DNA of 64,000 bases from NCBI GenBank assembly GCA_965221905.1, contig OZ244922.1, forward strand, positions 2,912,001 through 2,976,000, written 5' to 3'. Positions 53,745-63,589 of this stretch are shown here, piece by piece. A model generated the notes under the pieces. It was not told the DNA's origin. It worked only from the letters and a program-made list of their open reading frames with translations, and made no database searches. The position numbers and the translations under genes were made by a program. Numbering within the stretch: position 1 is the stretch's first letter; each line of letters begins with the position of its first letter. The stretch comes from Chloroflexota bacterium. Lineage in GTDB: Bacteria > Chloroflexota > UBA11872 > VXOZ01.

Positions 53745-54600
53745 CGTGAATGCAACCGGCCAAGCCGCACCAACGTTCCTCACCATCGGCCATGCCTCGC
53801 GGGATCTCATGCCCGGCGGCTGGCGCTGGGGCGGCACGGTGACCTACGCCGCACTGCTTGCGCGCACCTGGGGAGTGTCAGCCGCTGTGCTCACAGCCCT
53901 CGCACCGGAAGACGAGCCTCTCTATCAGGCGTTCCTCGGCAGTGACGTGATGCTGCACACGCTCCCATCCAAGAACACAACGTCGATGGCGAACGAATAT
54001 ACCGCTGCGGGACGCCGGCAGCAGCTCGCCGCCAAAGCCTCGAAGATTCACCCCCGCCACGTGCCTACAGCTTGGCGCGACACGCCCATCGTGCTCGTCG
54101 CGCCTCTCTTCGGTGAGGTATCGACGCAATTTGGCGGGTCTTTCCCCCAAGGGTCGCTCGTCGGCATGACCATCCAAGGTCGCCTGCGCAGTCACCGCAA
54201 GGGCCGCATCTATTCCCGCCGCTGGCACCGCGCCGAGCAGGAATTTTCTGCCTACGATATAATCTTCTTCTCCGAAGAAGATGTGCGCGGCAATGCTGAA
54301 CTTGCCGAATACTACGCCTCGCTTGTCCCGCTGGCAGTAATGACCCAGGGTGACTCCGGCGCAACCGTCTTCGTACAAGGCCGAGCTGTGCAACACGCCG
54401 CCTTTCCGGCCCAGCCCGTGGACGCTACCGGCGCGGGCGACGTGTTTGCGGCTGCATTTCTGCTCCACTATGCGGAGAACCGTGATCCGACAGCCGCCTG
54501 TCGCTACGCGAATGCCGCCGCCGCGTGCAGCATCGAGCACGCCGGCGCGAGTAGTATTCCCACACACCGGCAAGTGGCCGCACGGCTGCGCTCTGCGTGA
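53737..54600 (+). CDS. PfkB family carbohydrate kinase
   Basis: GGTVTY, T.G..GA, VDATGAGDVFAAAF, ANAAAA. Confidence 0.9.
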   Translation: MRDVNATGQAAPTFLTIGHASRDLMPGGWRWGGTVTYAALLARTWGVSAAVLTALAPEDEPLYQAFLGSDVMLHTLPSKNTTSMANEYTAAGRRQQLAAKASKIHPRHVPTAWRDTPIVLVAPLFGEVSTQFGGSFPQGSLVGMTIQGRLRSHRKGRIYSRRWHRAEQEFSAYDIIFFSEEDVRGNAELAEYYASLVPLAVMTQGDSGATVFVQGRAVQHAAFPAQPVDATGAGDVFAAAFLLHYAENRDPTAACRYANAAAACSIEHAGASSIPTHRQVAARLRSA

Positions 54601-54687
54601 AGTATGTAATTGGCGTAAAAAGCCGTTCACCGCTGCACACTGCATCCACTGACTATACGCTGGCCTCCCTTTATGTAAATCCAAGAG

Positions 54688-54873
54688 GCGGGGAACAAGC
54701 CCCCGCGCTACGGCGTTTCTTGTCCCCTCTCCATTGAGGGAGAGGGTTAGGGTGAGGGTGAGGGGGAAATGCTAGTCTTGCCGCACCCACGTGAGCAAGA
54801 TAATTTCAAGCAATGCTTTCTTGGACATCGCTCTCTCTCCAGATGTGCGCAGGTTGCAAACCTGCGCTACCGG
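54688..54873. repeat. Cluster of three palindromic repeats
   Basis: GTAG-REP on minus strand (54688-54711), CCCCTCTCC..GGGAGAGGGTTAGGGTGAGGG (about 54724-54758), GTAG-REP on minus strand (54845-54873). Confidence 0.72.
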
Positions 54874-54925
54874 AAATGGCAGTAGAATAGATACATACGC
54901 ATTCAGACTATAAAGGATACATTGC

Positions 54926-56665
54926 TTGAACATTGACGTTGCTACTCTTACCGCTTTGCGCCGGGAATTCACCGACAAGATCGTCGGCGGACGGATACAG
55001 CGCGTTCTGCACCCGAACCATCTCGCCGTCGGCCTCGAGATTTATGCGCGGGGCGAGACGTGGTGGCTCATCATCAATGCCGCACCGCAAGCGCCGCATC
55101 TCTATCTCACCCGCGAGCGGCCGGCGCGCGCTGACGACAACGTAACGCCGCTCCTGCTCCTATTGCGCAAGTACGTGCGGGGAGGACGGCTTGCCGCGGT
55201 GGAGCAGCCGCCCTGGGAGCGTGTCTTGCAGTTCACCGTCCACGCGCGGGTGGACGACGACATTGTGGAAACTACGCTCATCGCTGAGATCATGGGGCGC
55301 ACGAGCAACCTGGTGCTGGTGGACGCCGACGGCGCCATTCTCGACAGCATGAAGCGGGTAGACTTATCCATCAATCGTTACCGCCAAGTATTGCCCAAGC
55401 TGCCGTACCTCCCGCCCCCACCCCTTGAGCGTCCCGATCCTTTTGCGGTGCAAGCATCGCAATTGGAATCCGCGGCCCAGTCCGATCCCAAACCTCCCGC
55501 CTGGCGTGTGCTCATGGGGCAGACCAGCGGCTGCGGACCCCTCCTCACCCGTGAAGCGGTGTTCCGCGCTGCAGGCAAGGCTGAAGCACCGGCAGCAGGT
55601 GTTGTGTGGGAAGGCGTGATCGCTGCAGCGCGCGCTATCTTTACGCAGGTCGCGAGCGGCGAACCCACGCCCTCCCTCGCCCACAGTGAAGACGGCGCGC
55701 TCGCGGCCTATGCGCCCTATACCTTGAGTATGTTCCCGCAGTGCGAATTACAAGACACGATGAGCGCAGCCATCGAGCGCTTCTACCGGGAGCAGGGCAA
55801 AACGCCGCAGCGCCGGACGCCCGACCTGGGCCAGAAGCCGCTGCTGGCAGCGATGCAAGAGCGCATGGACCAACTCCGGCAGCGGCGGCGTGCCCTGGAA
55901 CACCAGCAGGCGGAAGCTGTCGACGCGGAAGAATGGCGGCGCAAAGGGGATATGGTCCTGGCGTTTGGCTACAGTGCTGCGCCGGACAGCAGCGAGATCG
56001 AGGTTGACGGCGAGACAATTCGCATTGATCCGAAAATCTCGGTCGCTGCGAATGCCGACACGTACTTTTCCACCTACAAGCGTAAGAAGCGGGCGCAGGA
56101 AGAAGTGCCGGGGCTGCTGCGCAAGGTTAAGAATGAATACGCCTACTGCGAGCAAGCCGAGGCCCTGCTCGAGGCAGCGGAGACGCCAACCGACGTGCGC
56201 GCGTTACGCGAAGAGTTGCGAGAGCAGGGCATCGTAAGCGGCGGCAAGCCTCGCAAGGATAAAGGACGCAAAGGCAAGCGCGGCAGAGCTGTGGAAGAGG
56301 GAGCGCGCCCGGTCTCGCTCTGGCTCGACGGCGTGCAAGTGCTCGTAGGCCGCAGCGGAGCCCAGAACGACGCCGCCCTGCGTCTTGCCGACGCCGACGA
56401 CGTGTGGCTGCACGCGCGCAACGTGCCCGGCGCACATACCGTCCTGCGCTCCGGCGGACGCGAGGTGCCGGAAGACATCATCAACCAGGCGGCCCAGATC
56501 GCTGCCTACTACAGCAAGTTGCGTGAATCCACTAGTGCCGAGGTAGACGTCACCCGCCGCCGCTACGTCCGCCGCATCCCCGGCGCGCACCCCGGCCTCG
56601 TCACCTACCGCAACGAGTACACCATCCGCGTGAAGCCGATGCCGTTGCCGCAGCCTGAGCGGTGA
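54926..56665 (+). CDS. rqcH: Ribosome quality control protein RqcH (NFACT/FbpA)
   Basis: LLLRKY, ERV, EIMGR.SN, VGRS..QND, WLHARNVPGAH, AAYYSK. Confidence 0.92.
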   Translation: MNIDVATLTALRREFTDKIVGGRIQRVLHPNHLAVGLEIYARGETWWLIINAAPQAPHLYLTRERPARADDNVTPLLLLLRKYVRGGRLAAVEQPPWERVLQFTVHARVDDDIVETTLIAEIMGRTSNLVLVDADGAILDSMKRVDLSINRYRQVLPKLPYLPPPPLERPDPFAVQASQLESAAQSDPKPPAWRVLMGQTSGCGPLLTREAVFRAAGKAEAPAAGVVWEGVIAAARAIFTQVASGEPTPSLAHSEDGALAAYAPYTLSMFPQCELQDTMSAAIERFYREQGKTPQRRTPDLGQKPLLAAMQERMDQLRQRRRALEHQQAEAVDAEEWRRKGDMVLAFGYSAAPDSSEIEVDGETIRIDPKISVAANADTYFSTYKRKKRAQEEVPGLLRKVKNEYAYCEQAEALLEAAETPTDVRALREELREQGIVSGGKPRKDKGRKGKRGRAVEEGARPVSLWLDGVQVLVGRSGAQNDAALRLADADDVWLHARNVPGAHTVLRSGGREVPEDIINQAAQIAAYYSKLRESTSAEVDVTRRRYVRRIPGAHPGLVTYRNEYTIRVKPMPLPQPER

Positions 56666-56695
56666 CAAGCCCAATCCAGAAGAGTGAGACCTCAT

Positions 56696-56797
56696 CCGTT
56701 CGCCCTGAGCCTGTCGAAGGGTGAATCCTTGCTTGAGAACATACGCGGTGCATACGTCCCACCCGTTCATGCTTCGACAAGCTCAGCACGAACGGGT
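56696..56797. repeat. Inverted pair of TTCGACA.GCTCAG REP-like units, including an unoccupied IS110 target
   Basis: CCGTTCGCCCTGAGCCTGTCGAAGGG (56696-56721) and ACCCGTTCATGCTTCGACAAGCTCAGCACGAACGGGT (56761-56797). Confidence 0.82.
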
Positions 56798-56841
56798 AGG
56801 GGTTCGGTTTAATTCTGTCGCTCGCTATCACGCGGTGTCAT

Positions 56842-59121
56842 CTAGCTATTCCGCGGCTCCCAGTTCAGGTGCTTATCCAGAAATGGGAACGTCCCCGTGC
56901 CTTCGATCATGTGGCCGCCGTCGAAGTAGTAGATTTCGGCGCGGTCGGGGATTTTCAGGTCGGCGTAGCGGCGCTGGACTCTGGCATATTCGTGGGCGCA
57001 CCATTCATCCGACGCCACGGCGTCGCGGTGGCCGCGCTCGACCATGAACGGGCGCGGGGCCATGAGATAGGCCATCTCGGCGTAGTTGAAGGTCTGTCCC
57101 AGGTCGAATTCCTGCATTTCCCACTCGTGATTGAACATATAGCCCGAGAAGTAGTCGGTGCTGGCGCACTTGCGCGCCCACTCGTTGAAGTCGCCCGCGC
57201 AGATCGAAAGCGCGTACTGTGTCAGCACCGTCGGGATGCGCATCGCCGCCTTGCCGCCATAGGACAACCCGTAGAAGCCGATACGGTCCGAGTCAACGTA
57301 TGGCAGGGTTGAAAGCCAGCGCAGCATCTGCTCGTGCTGCGCGATGGCGAAGGAAAAGAGCGTCCAGCCTAGCGGATTCGCCTTGCGCTGGAGCGTGCGG
57401 AATTCGTGGTAGCCGATGTAGGGATTCTGCGGCGCGTATGTGATGTAGCCGCGCTCGGCCAGCCGCGCGGCAAAGGCATTATACGGGCCTTCCCCTTCCG
57501 CAATCACGTCCTCCGGCCGGCCCTCGAGACCATGTTGACAGACCACCACCGGCCGCTGCTCTCCCGGCGCAATGTCTTTGGGCACCAGCAAGATGCCGTG
57601 GTTGAACACGTCGGGCAGCACGTCCAGCGTCACTTCGTGGCCGGTCCAGGCCTCGCTATCGCCGAACGGACGGCTGCGCAGATTGAACGGCAGGCTGGGA
57701 TCGGGACAGCGTCCGATCAACCCTTCCCAGAAGCGTTTTCTATAAGCGGCCGCGGATTGCTCCCAGGATTCAAGCGAAGAGGTATCCGCCTCCGACCAGA
57801 AGTCCTCGCGAGTGCGCCACGCCAACTCTAGGCATTCCTGGACGTGCGTCACGATCTGGTTGAACTGTCGCTGCATACGAGCGGATGGGACGAAGGCGCC
57901 GCGCGCGTCGCGTGGTGATGTGGCCGGAGCCGCGCCGCGCGATTCTACACCCAAGCCTTGCAGCAACGCCGTTAGAGCGGCATCCGAGCCCGGTCCGGGA
58001 TCTGTAGCAGAGGGTCCCACGAGCACGAGACAGTCCGCGGCGTCGTGCGATGCGTAAGCCGGTAGAGCGCGGGCAACTTCCGCCTGAACTTCCTCTAGCG
58101 GCGCGGGCTCGATCTTTCCTGGAGCGCCAACACGGCCGCGCACACGTTCTAGATTGCTTATGGGCGGCAAGCCGCTGATGGTAGGCGCAGGCGTCGTCTC
58201 GACGATCAAGGGACGCGGCGCAATCATGCTCGCGAGCTCAGCATCGCTGAAGCCGCGCAGGAGCCGCCAGACGTTGCGATAAATCGGCTCTTGCCACAAT
58301 TGGCGCCGGTTACGGAAGTAGCCGCTTACACCAACGCCGGCGATGCGCTCGTCCAGCGCGCCGCTGTAGAGCGCCAAGAGCCCGCCTTCACCGTAGCCAA
58401 ATACGCCCACCGGCACGTCTTCCGGTGCGTCCTGAGCCAAAAAGAAATCTACCAGCGCCAAGATCTTCTGTGCTTCATAGCCAATTACGTGCCGACCCAT
58501 CTCGAAGGCCATGCGGTAGATGTATTCACGATGAGGCTGGTCTGTCATGCGGATAGCCGGATTCCCGGACCACGTGTGCTCACGATCAATGAGCACCGGC
58601 ACCACCACCTGACAGCCCAGTTCCACCAATCGCCGCGCGAACTGCTGCTCAGGTTTCAGGCCGGGTGCAATTCCGGCGAGCATTTCCGGCGACCAGTCGG
58701 CATCCGGCAACGCAATTACATGCGCGCTGGGCTTCTGCTTGGGCCGCAGCAGCAGGCCCTCGCCTTCTACGCCATCCAGCACCGGCCAGCGAATCGCATG
58801 AACGTCATAGCTTGGCGTAGCAGCGACACGGAAGGGGTCTCGAGTTGAGCTCACGAACTCCAACGCCGACACCGGCTTGCGCTCGTCTATCGCGCCGACG
58901 ATGCGTGCGAATTCTTGGCGCTTCGCGGCAACTGCGGCCTCTGCGGAGTCACCCGCCGCAGGCAGTGACTGCAGTGCCGTCTCAGCGGCCTCGTCAGCGG
59001 CATCGAGTTCGCGGTCCAAGTAGCGATGGATGCCGGCAATCATCAGTGCGGCCACGTCGCCTTCCACGGTGAGCGGCGCCGAATCAGGCAAACGGGAGGT
59101 TTCGCGATCGAGTTGACCCAT
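56842..59121 (-). CDS. Tandem alpha/beta-hydrolase (dienelactone hydrolase/acetylxylan esterase-like)
   Basis: C-domain VVCQHG, GLSYGG nucleophile elbow, APRP, GGH; N-domain elbow reads GYGEGG. Confidence 0.8.
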   Translation of the reverse strand: MGQLDRETSRLPDSAPLTVEGDVAALMIAGIHRYLDRELDAADEAAETALQSLPAAGDSAEAAVAAKRQEFARIVGAIDERKPVSALEFVSSTRDPFRVAATPSYDVHAIRWPVLDGVEGEGLLLRPKQKPSAHVIALPDADWSPEMLAGIAPGLKPEQQFARRLVELGCQVVVPVLIDREHTWSGNPAIRMTDQPHREYIYRMAFEMGRHVIGYEAQKILALVDFFLAQDAPEDVPVGVFGYGEGGLLALYSGALDERIAGVGVSGYFRNRRQLWQEPIYRNVWRLLRGFSDAELASMIAPRPLIVETTPAPTISGLPPISNLERVRGRVGAPGKIEPAPLEEVQAEVARALPAYASHDAADCLVLVGPSATDPGPGSDAALTALLQGLGVESRGAAPATSPRDARGAFVPSARMQRQFNQIVTHVQECLELAWRTREDFWSEADTSSLESWEQSAAAYRKRFWEGLIGRCPDPSLPFNLRSRPFGDSEAWTGHEVTLDVLPDVFNHGILLVPKDIAPGEQRPVVVCQHGLEGRPEDVIAEGEGPYNAFAARLAERGYITYAPQNPYIGYHEFRTLQRKANPLGWTLFSFAIAQHEQMLRWLSTLPYVDSDRIGFYGLSYGGKAAMRIPTVLTQYALSICAGDFNEWARKCASTDYFSGYMFNHEWEMQEFDLGQTFNYAEMAYLMAPRPFMVERGHRDAVASDEWCAHEYARVQRRYADLKIPDRAEIYYFDGGHMIEGTGTFPFLDKHLNWEPRNS

Positions 59122-59374
59122 AGTGGTAGTAATCCTTTACTTGCTAGCGCACGTCCACAAGCACAGTAGCGCGGAAACGCAGGTATGTGCAAGACGTGGA
59201 AGCGGCGCTCACAGCCTTGCGCGCACAACTATCGCAAAATTCGCGCACAATGCCCGTAAGCGCCGCCTCTTCCGCCTTCACACATCTGACCGGCTCAAAG
59301 CTAGCCGATCCTGCAAGACCTATTTGCAGCCAGGAAGGAGTGAATTCTGCCTACTTCCCGTGCTTAGAGAAGAA

Positions 59375-60748
59375 TTACTTCCACTCATCCGGTCGTTGCG
59401 AGAACAGCTCATTGAGCCTTGCGGCCGACTCTTGCATCGCCTCGGTGGTATCGATCTCTCCCGCGAGTGCGCGGCCCATGGGCTCGTTCATCGTGCTCCA
59501 AGCCTGTGAGCCCTCGGGCAGCACCAGCAGGTCGTGACCGCCGCTCTGCCACACGTTCTGGACGTCAATGATATGCGTGCCCTCATACAGTCTCAGCCAA
59601 ATCTCCGATGTTGCCGCCCAGAACAGCGGCGGCCAAGAGATTACCTCGATCTGCGGGGTTGATTCCAATATCTCACGCGTATGCGAGACGCGCAGCACCT
59701 CCCAAGCGTCGTCCAGTTGCTCGGAGAGCGCCAGGATCGACCAGGAGTTGCCGCCGGTGCTGACGCGCTGGATGCCTGTCGGGCCCTTGGGCGGCGGCGC
59801 AAAATCGAGGTTCTCCACGCCGATGCCGTTGCGAATCGCGTTGTGGCGGAAGTTTCCGTTGAACTCCATGGACACCATCTGCGCATCCATCGGCCTGATG
59901 CCGCTGCCGAGACTCTCGCGCGCTTCTGCAGGCGGAGTGGCCTTGTGCACGGTATGCAAATCAACGTCGAGACCCGCGCCGCGAATCGAGTTTTGGTCCT
60001 CGCCGTAGAGCGCCCGATCGCGCACGTCGTTCAGCAGTTCGCCGCCAAAATTGTAGACGAACGTACCCATCATGTAATGTAGACCGTTCTGACCGATATC
60101 CAAGGCCCAGCGATTGTTGTCCGGATCATTCAGCTTGGTCACCGCCGAGATCAGATCATCGTAGGTCCAATCCTTATGAGGATGGGACACGCCTTTCTCA
60201 TCGAACAATTGCTTGTTGTAGAAGACTACCTCGCCACCATGCTGGAATGGCTGTGCCCAGAGTTGGCCCTTCCACGCCCAGCTTGTCAGTGCCGTTGGGA
60301 AGTACTGGTCAAGGTCCACGTTATCCCGGCGCATGAACTCGTAGAGGTCCGGGAACATGCCCGTGAGACCGCCCGGAATGACCCAGTTCAACTGGTTCAC
60401 CATCAGGTCAACCGGCGCGGTGCCTGCGGCAAATTCAGCGCGGCGCCGGTCCCAATAGCCGCTGCCGTCCTGCCACGAGACTTCGATGTCGATACCTGTG
60501 GATTCGGCGATCGCAGCAAACGTATCGTCCCAACCCTCCATGCGGCCCCTGAGACGGTAGCAAGACCATACAACCTGCCTGGCTTCGGCCTCAGGCATCG
60601 ATTCTTTCGCCTTTGGCGCTTCTTCCGTAGTTTCCTCGGCCATCTCTTGCGTCGCCACGGCGCCGCAAGCAGCAAAAATGAGCACGGCAGCGCCACTCCC
60701 GGCCCCAGTCAGCAGTCCACGTCGCGTAACAGCATTTCGAAAAGCCAT
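59375..60748 (-). CDS. Extracellular solute-binding lipoprotein, Tat signal
   Basis: TRRGLL, AACG lipobox, FYNKQLFDEKGV..P..DWTYDD. Confidence 0.88.
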   Translation of the reverse strand: MAFRNAVTRRGLLTGAGSGAAVLIFAACGAVATQEMAEETTEEAPKAKESMPEAEARQVVWSCYRLRGRMEGWDDTFAAIAESTGIDIEVSWQDGSGYWDRRRAEFAAGTAPVDLMVNQLNWVIPGGLTGMFPDLYEFMRRDNVDLDQYFPTALTSWAWKGQLWAQPFQHGGEVVFYNKQLFDEKGVSHPHKDWTYDDLISAVTKLNDPDNNRWALDIGQNGLHYMMGTFVYNFGGELLNDVRDRALYGEDQNSIRGAGLDVDLHTVHKATPPAEARESLGSGIRPMDAQMVSMEFNGNFRHNAIRNGIGVENLDFAPPPKGPTGIQRVSTGGNSWSILALSEQLDDAWEVLRVSHTREILESTPQIEVISWPPLFWAATSEIWLRLYEGTHIIDVQNVWQSGGHDLLVLPEGSQAWSTMNEPMGRALAGEIDTTEAMQESAARLNELFSQRPDEWK

Positions 60749-60967
60749 CTTTGATCTTCTCCTTCATGCATGCGCGTTAACTACACGCCCGCCAACCCGT
60801 AGGGCAAGTAACCGGGTTGCGTACTAAATAATACCCTCCCCTTTGCCCAGCGCTATCGCTCCTACTCACGTCTTGAATGCGGCATTATCGCATGTATACG
60901 ATGCTAGCATACCATTTGCGAATAGTCAATACATTTTACTGTTTGCCCCTATCCCTTACCGTACTCT

Positions 60968-61717
60968 CTAATCGGTACGGTAGGACGCCGTGCGACGACC
61001 TACAGAACGATGGATAAGACGAATCCAGATCAGGTCTCGTAGTGTTGGGAGCACAACGCCTGCCAAATTCACGCGAGAGTCCGGAGAATCCGTCCAATGC
61101 ACCGGGATTTCGGCCACCTGAAACCCCATCTTTATTGCCAAATACAGTATTTCTACATCGTAAGCCCAGCCGCGAACCCTCTGACGGCTGAAGACCGGCG
61201 CAACAACATGTTTGCGAAACAGCTTGAAGCCGCAGGTCGTATCGACGATCTCAGGAATAGCCAACACGCGGGCAATGAAGCTAAAGGCCTTACCCATGGT
61301 CTCTCGCACCACAGGTTGGTGTTGCCGGATTTCCGATCCCGCCAGGTCCCGCGACCCAATCGCTATGTCGGCCCCACCATCCAAGGCCTGCGATAGCTTT
61401 TCAATCTCGGCAATGTCGGTAGAACCGTCGGCATCCATGAAGAGCACATACTCACCATCAGCCGCCAGCATCCCCGTGCGCACTGCCCAACCCTTGCCCA
61501 TGTTCTCGTCGTGACTGAGAAGGCGAACATGCCGGGATCGCTCCTGCCAGGAGGCGACCAAGTTCGCAGTGCTGTCCGTGGAGCCATCGTCAACAACCAG
61601 CACTTCAGCCCGACATTCCGGGCGTTCGGAAAAATAGGCTAGGGTTCGTTCCAGCGTAGCGCCAATCCGCTCTTCTTCGTTGTAAGCAGGAATGACGATT
61701 GAATAGCTCGTTTCCAC
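60968..61717 (-). CDS. GT2 dolichyl-phosphate beta-glucosyltransferase-like protein
   Basis: SIVIPAYNEE, VDDGSTD, GKG.AV, FMDAD, DTTCGFKLF, DVEIL; start uncertain (61717 or 61783). Confidence 0.9.
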   Translation of the reverse strand: METSYSIVIPAYNEEERIGATLERTLAYFSERPECRAEVLVVDDGSTDSTANLVASWQERSRHVRLLSHDENMGKGWAVRTGMLAADGEYVLFMDADGSTDIAEIEKLSQALDGGADIAIGSRDLAGSEIRQHQPVVRETMGKAFSFIARVLAIPEIVDTTCGFKLFRKHVVAPVFSRQRVRGWAYDVEILYLAIKMGFQVAEIPVHWTDSPDSRVNLAGVVLPTLRDLIWIRLIHRSVGRRTASYRTD

Positions 61718-61792
61718 ACCAGCCCTGTCTAGAGAGATTGTTTTCTTAGATGCAGCGTGACCGCAGACAAATGGGGTAAGCAAAGATTCCTG

Positions 61793-62092
61793 TCACGCTT
61801 CGGCAGATTCTGTGGCGGCGTCTGCGGGCTTGCCGAGACTGAAGCCGCCATCCTCAGAGTGACCCAAGACCACTCCATCGAGCGTTCGCAGACTTAGCCT
61901 ATCCACTAGCACCTTCAGGCCGTGCTGCTCGCTGACTTCGTCATTCTTGCCAGGTTTCTCCTCGCTCGACATGCCGAATTGCATACCATCCGCACCGGGA
62001 CGAACGAATACCCGAAGATACATTTCGCCCTCGCCTTCAGATTGCATCTGGTCCTTGATGAGTCGCGCAGCAGTTTCCGTAATTGTGAACAT
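61793..62092 (-). CDS. HesB/IscA-like protein lacking cysteines
   Basis: ITETAA, YLRVFV, GM.FGM, DEV....GLKVLVD..S...LDG; AGGAG RBS before ATG 62092. Confidence 0.75.
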   Translation of the reverse strand: MFTITETAARLIKDQMQSEGEGEMYLRVFVRPGADGMQFGMSSEEKPGKNDEVSEQHGLKVLVDRLSLRTLDGVVLGHSEDGGFSLGKPADAATESAEA

Positions 62093-62570
62093 GCACCCTC
62101 TCCTGAGTAGACGGACCCTGTGGAGGCTTCTGAGTCCAGGCTCAAGGGTATCACGCAGGTTGTTCACAGTAAATGCACTATCCGGGCAGTTGCCCCGCGT
62201 GAATTCGCCCCGGTATTTTCCTTGATAGTCCAAGTGCCAATCAACGCGCCTGCAGCGGCAGAAAAACGTAAGGTAACGATTGCGTCAGGAAAATTTGAGG
62301 GGGTCCATCGGCAAGACGCCCAAGCGCCCTTGCCGCATTCATGCACGACCGGCATCAGGTGCGAAAAGTTTTCGTTCACAGGTTGGTCGGGTACTCGGCG
62401 CCTTTCAGTAGCAGTAAGCCGTGTAATTGGGTATCCTGGACAACATGAGGCGCCAAAGCCCTTACAAATCTTGACAAGAGACAGCCGGGCGTCTTGTGCG
62501 CACCCCGCTACCCGCCGTCGTGATGGGGCTGAGATCAAGGGAGCGAACCGCCGCCCACGGGAGTGACGCC

Positions 62571-63293
62571 ATGGACACACATATCGACCCACGGTTCGAC
62601 CCATCTCAGATTTCTGCAGCCGACATTGAGTATCAGCGCAGTCACCGGAACAAGCGGAATTGGTTCTGGTACTACATAGTCGGCGGATTGATACTCATGC
62701 CGCTCTTCCATCTGTATCTGGGATTGCGCGTCAGCGGAAATAAGCAGTGGCCCTCGGGGCCACTGCTTATCATTTGCAATCACCGCAGCAATCTTGATCC
62801 CTTTGCTGTGGGCGTGGCGTGTACCCACCGTGTGCTTACGTTTATGGCCAAGGTGGAGCTCTTTCGCAACTCACTGCTGCGGTTCATTCTGCCCCGTTGG
62901 GGTGTATATCCGCTTATCCGCCAAAGCAATGACATTCGCGGTGTGCGTGTTCTTATGGAAGCGCTCAAGCGAAACGAGACTGTCGCACTCTTCCCCGAAG
63001 GCACCCGCAGCCGTACCGGAGAGGTAGGCCCGTTTAACTCCGGCTTTGTGCGCATCGCAGTGCGACAACGGATACCTATTGTGCTCGCTGCCATCAAGAA
63101 CACCGAAAAAGCCCTGCCACGGGGCAGCCAGTTCCCCAGTCCCCGGGTAGGAGTAACCATTACTTTGGGTGAACCGATAGAGCTGCAGGAGCACTACGGA
63201 AAGAAACTCTCGGGAGCTGAGGCAGATGCTATTGCAGAGTCTTTGCGGCAACGTATCATTGCACTTCTCGATGAAGGTACTGCGGCCGCCTAA
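62571..63293 (+). CDS. plsC: 1-acyl-sn-glycerol-3-phosphate acyltransferase
   Basis: NHRSNLD (HX4D), FMAK.ELF, FPEGTRS. Confidence 0.9.
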   Translation: MDTHIDPRFDPSQISAADIEYQRSHRNKRNWFWYYIVGGLILMPLFHLYLGLRVSGNKQWPSGPLLIICNHRSNLDPFAVGVACTHRVLTFMAKVELFRNSLLRFILPRWGVYPLIRQSNDIRGVRVLMEALKRNETVALFPEGTRSRTGEVGPFNSGFVRIAVRQRIPIVLAAIKNTEKALPRGSQFPSPRVGVTITLGEPIELQEHYGKKLSGAEADAIAESLRQRIIALLDEGTAAA

Positions 63294-63589
63294 GAACAAG
63301 TGAGACTACAGGCATGCAAATGCCCCGCACTGCCCTGCAAGTGCACAGCCACTCGAACGACGACTGCTCGGGAAACACTACAGATCTCAGAGAGCGACGC
63401 CGCGATGGCGCCCCTGAAGCGCTATCGATTCTCTATCAGCCGGTAGATTGAGAGTCTAGGGGCTCTTAATCTACCAGCAATTGCATGCGGCCGAAGCGCT
63501 TCACAACATTCGGACGCACCGATAGGTTGTTGCGGCCAACATTCGTCCAGTACAATGATAAGGAACGTGTGCAGAGCAGAAGGCAACCT

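Noticed and set aside
61793-62233. HesB-like selenoprotein, or the longer 146-aa ORF
   Set aside because: No in-frame TGA at the Cys positions; the RBS and homology begin at ATG 62092.
62093-62570. Possible riboswitch between the hesB-like gene and plsC
   Set aside because: No conserved aptamer motif recognised by eye; an Rfam scan would be needed.
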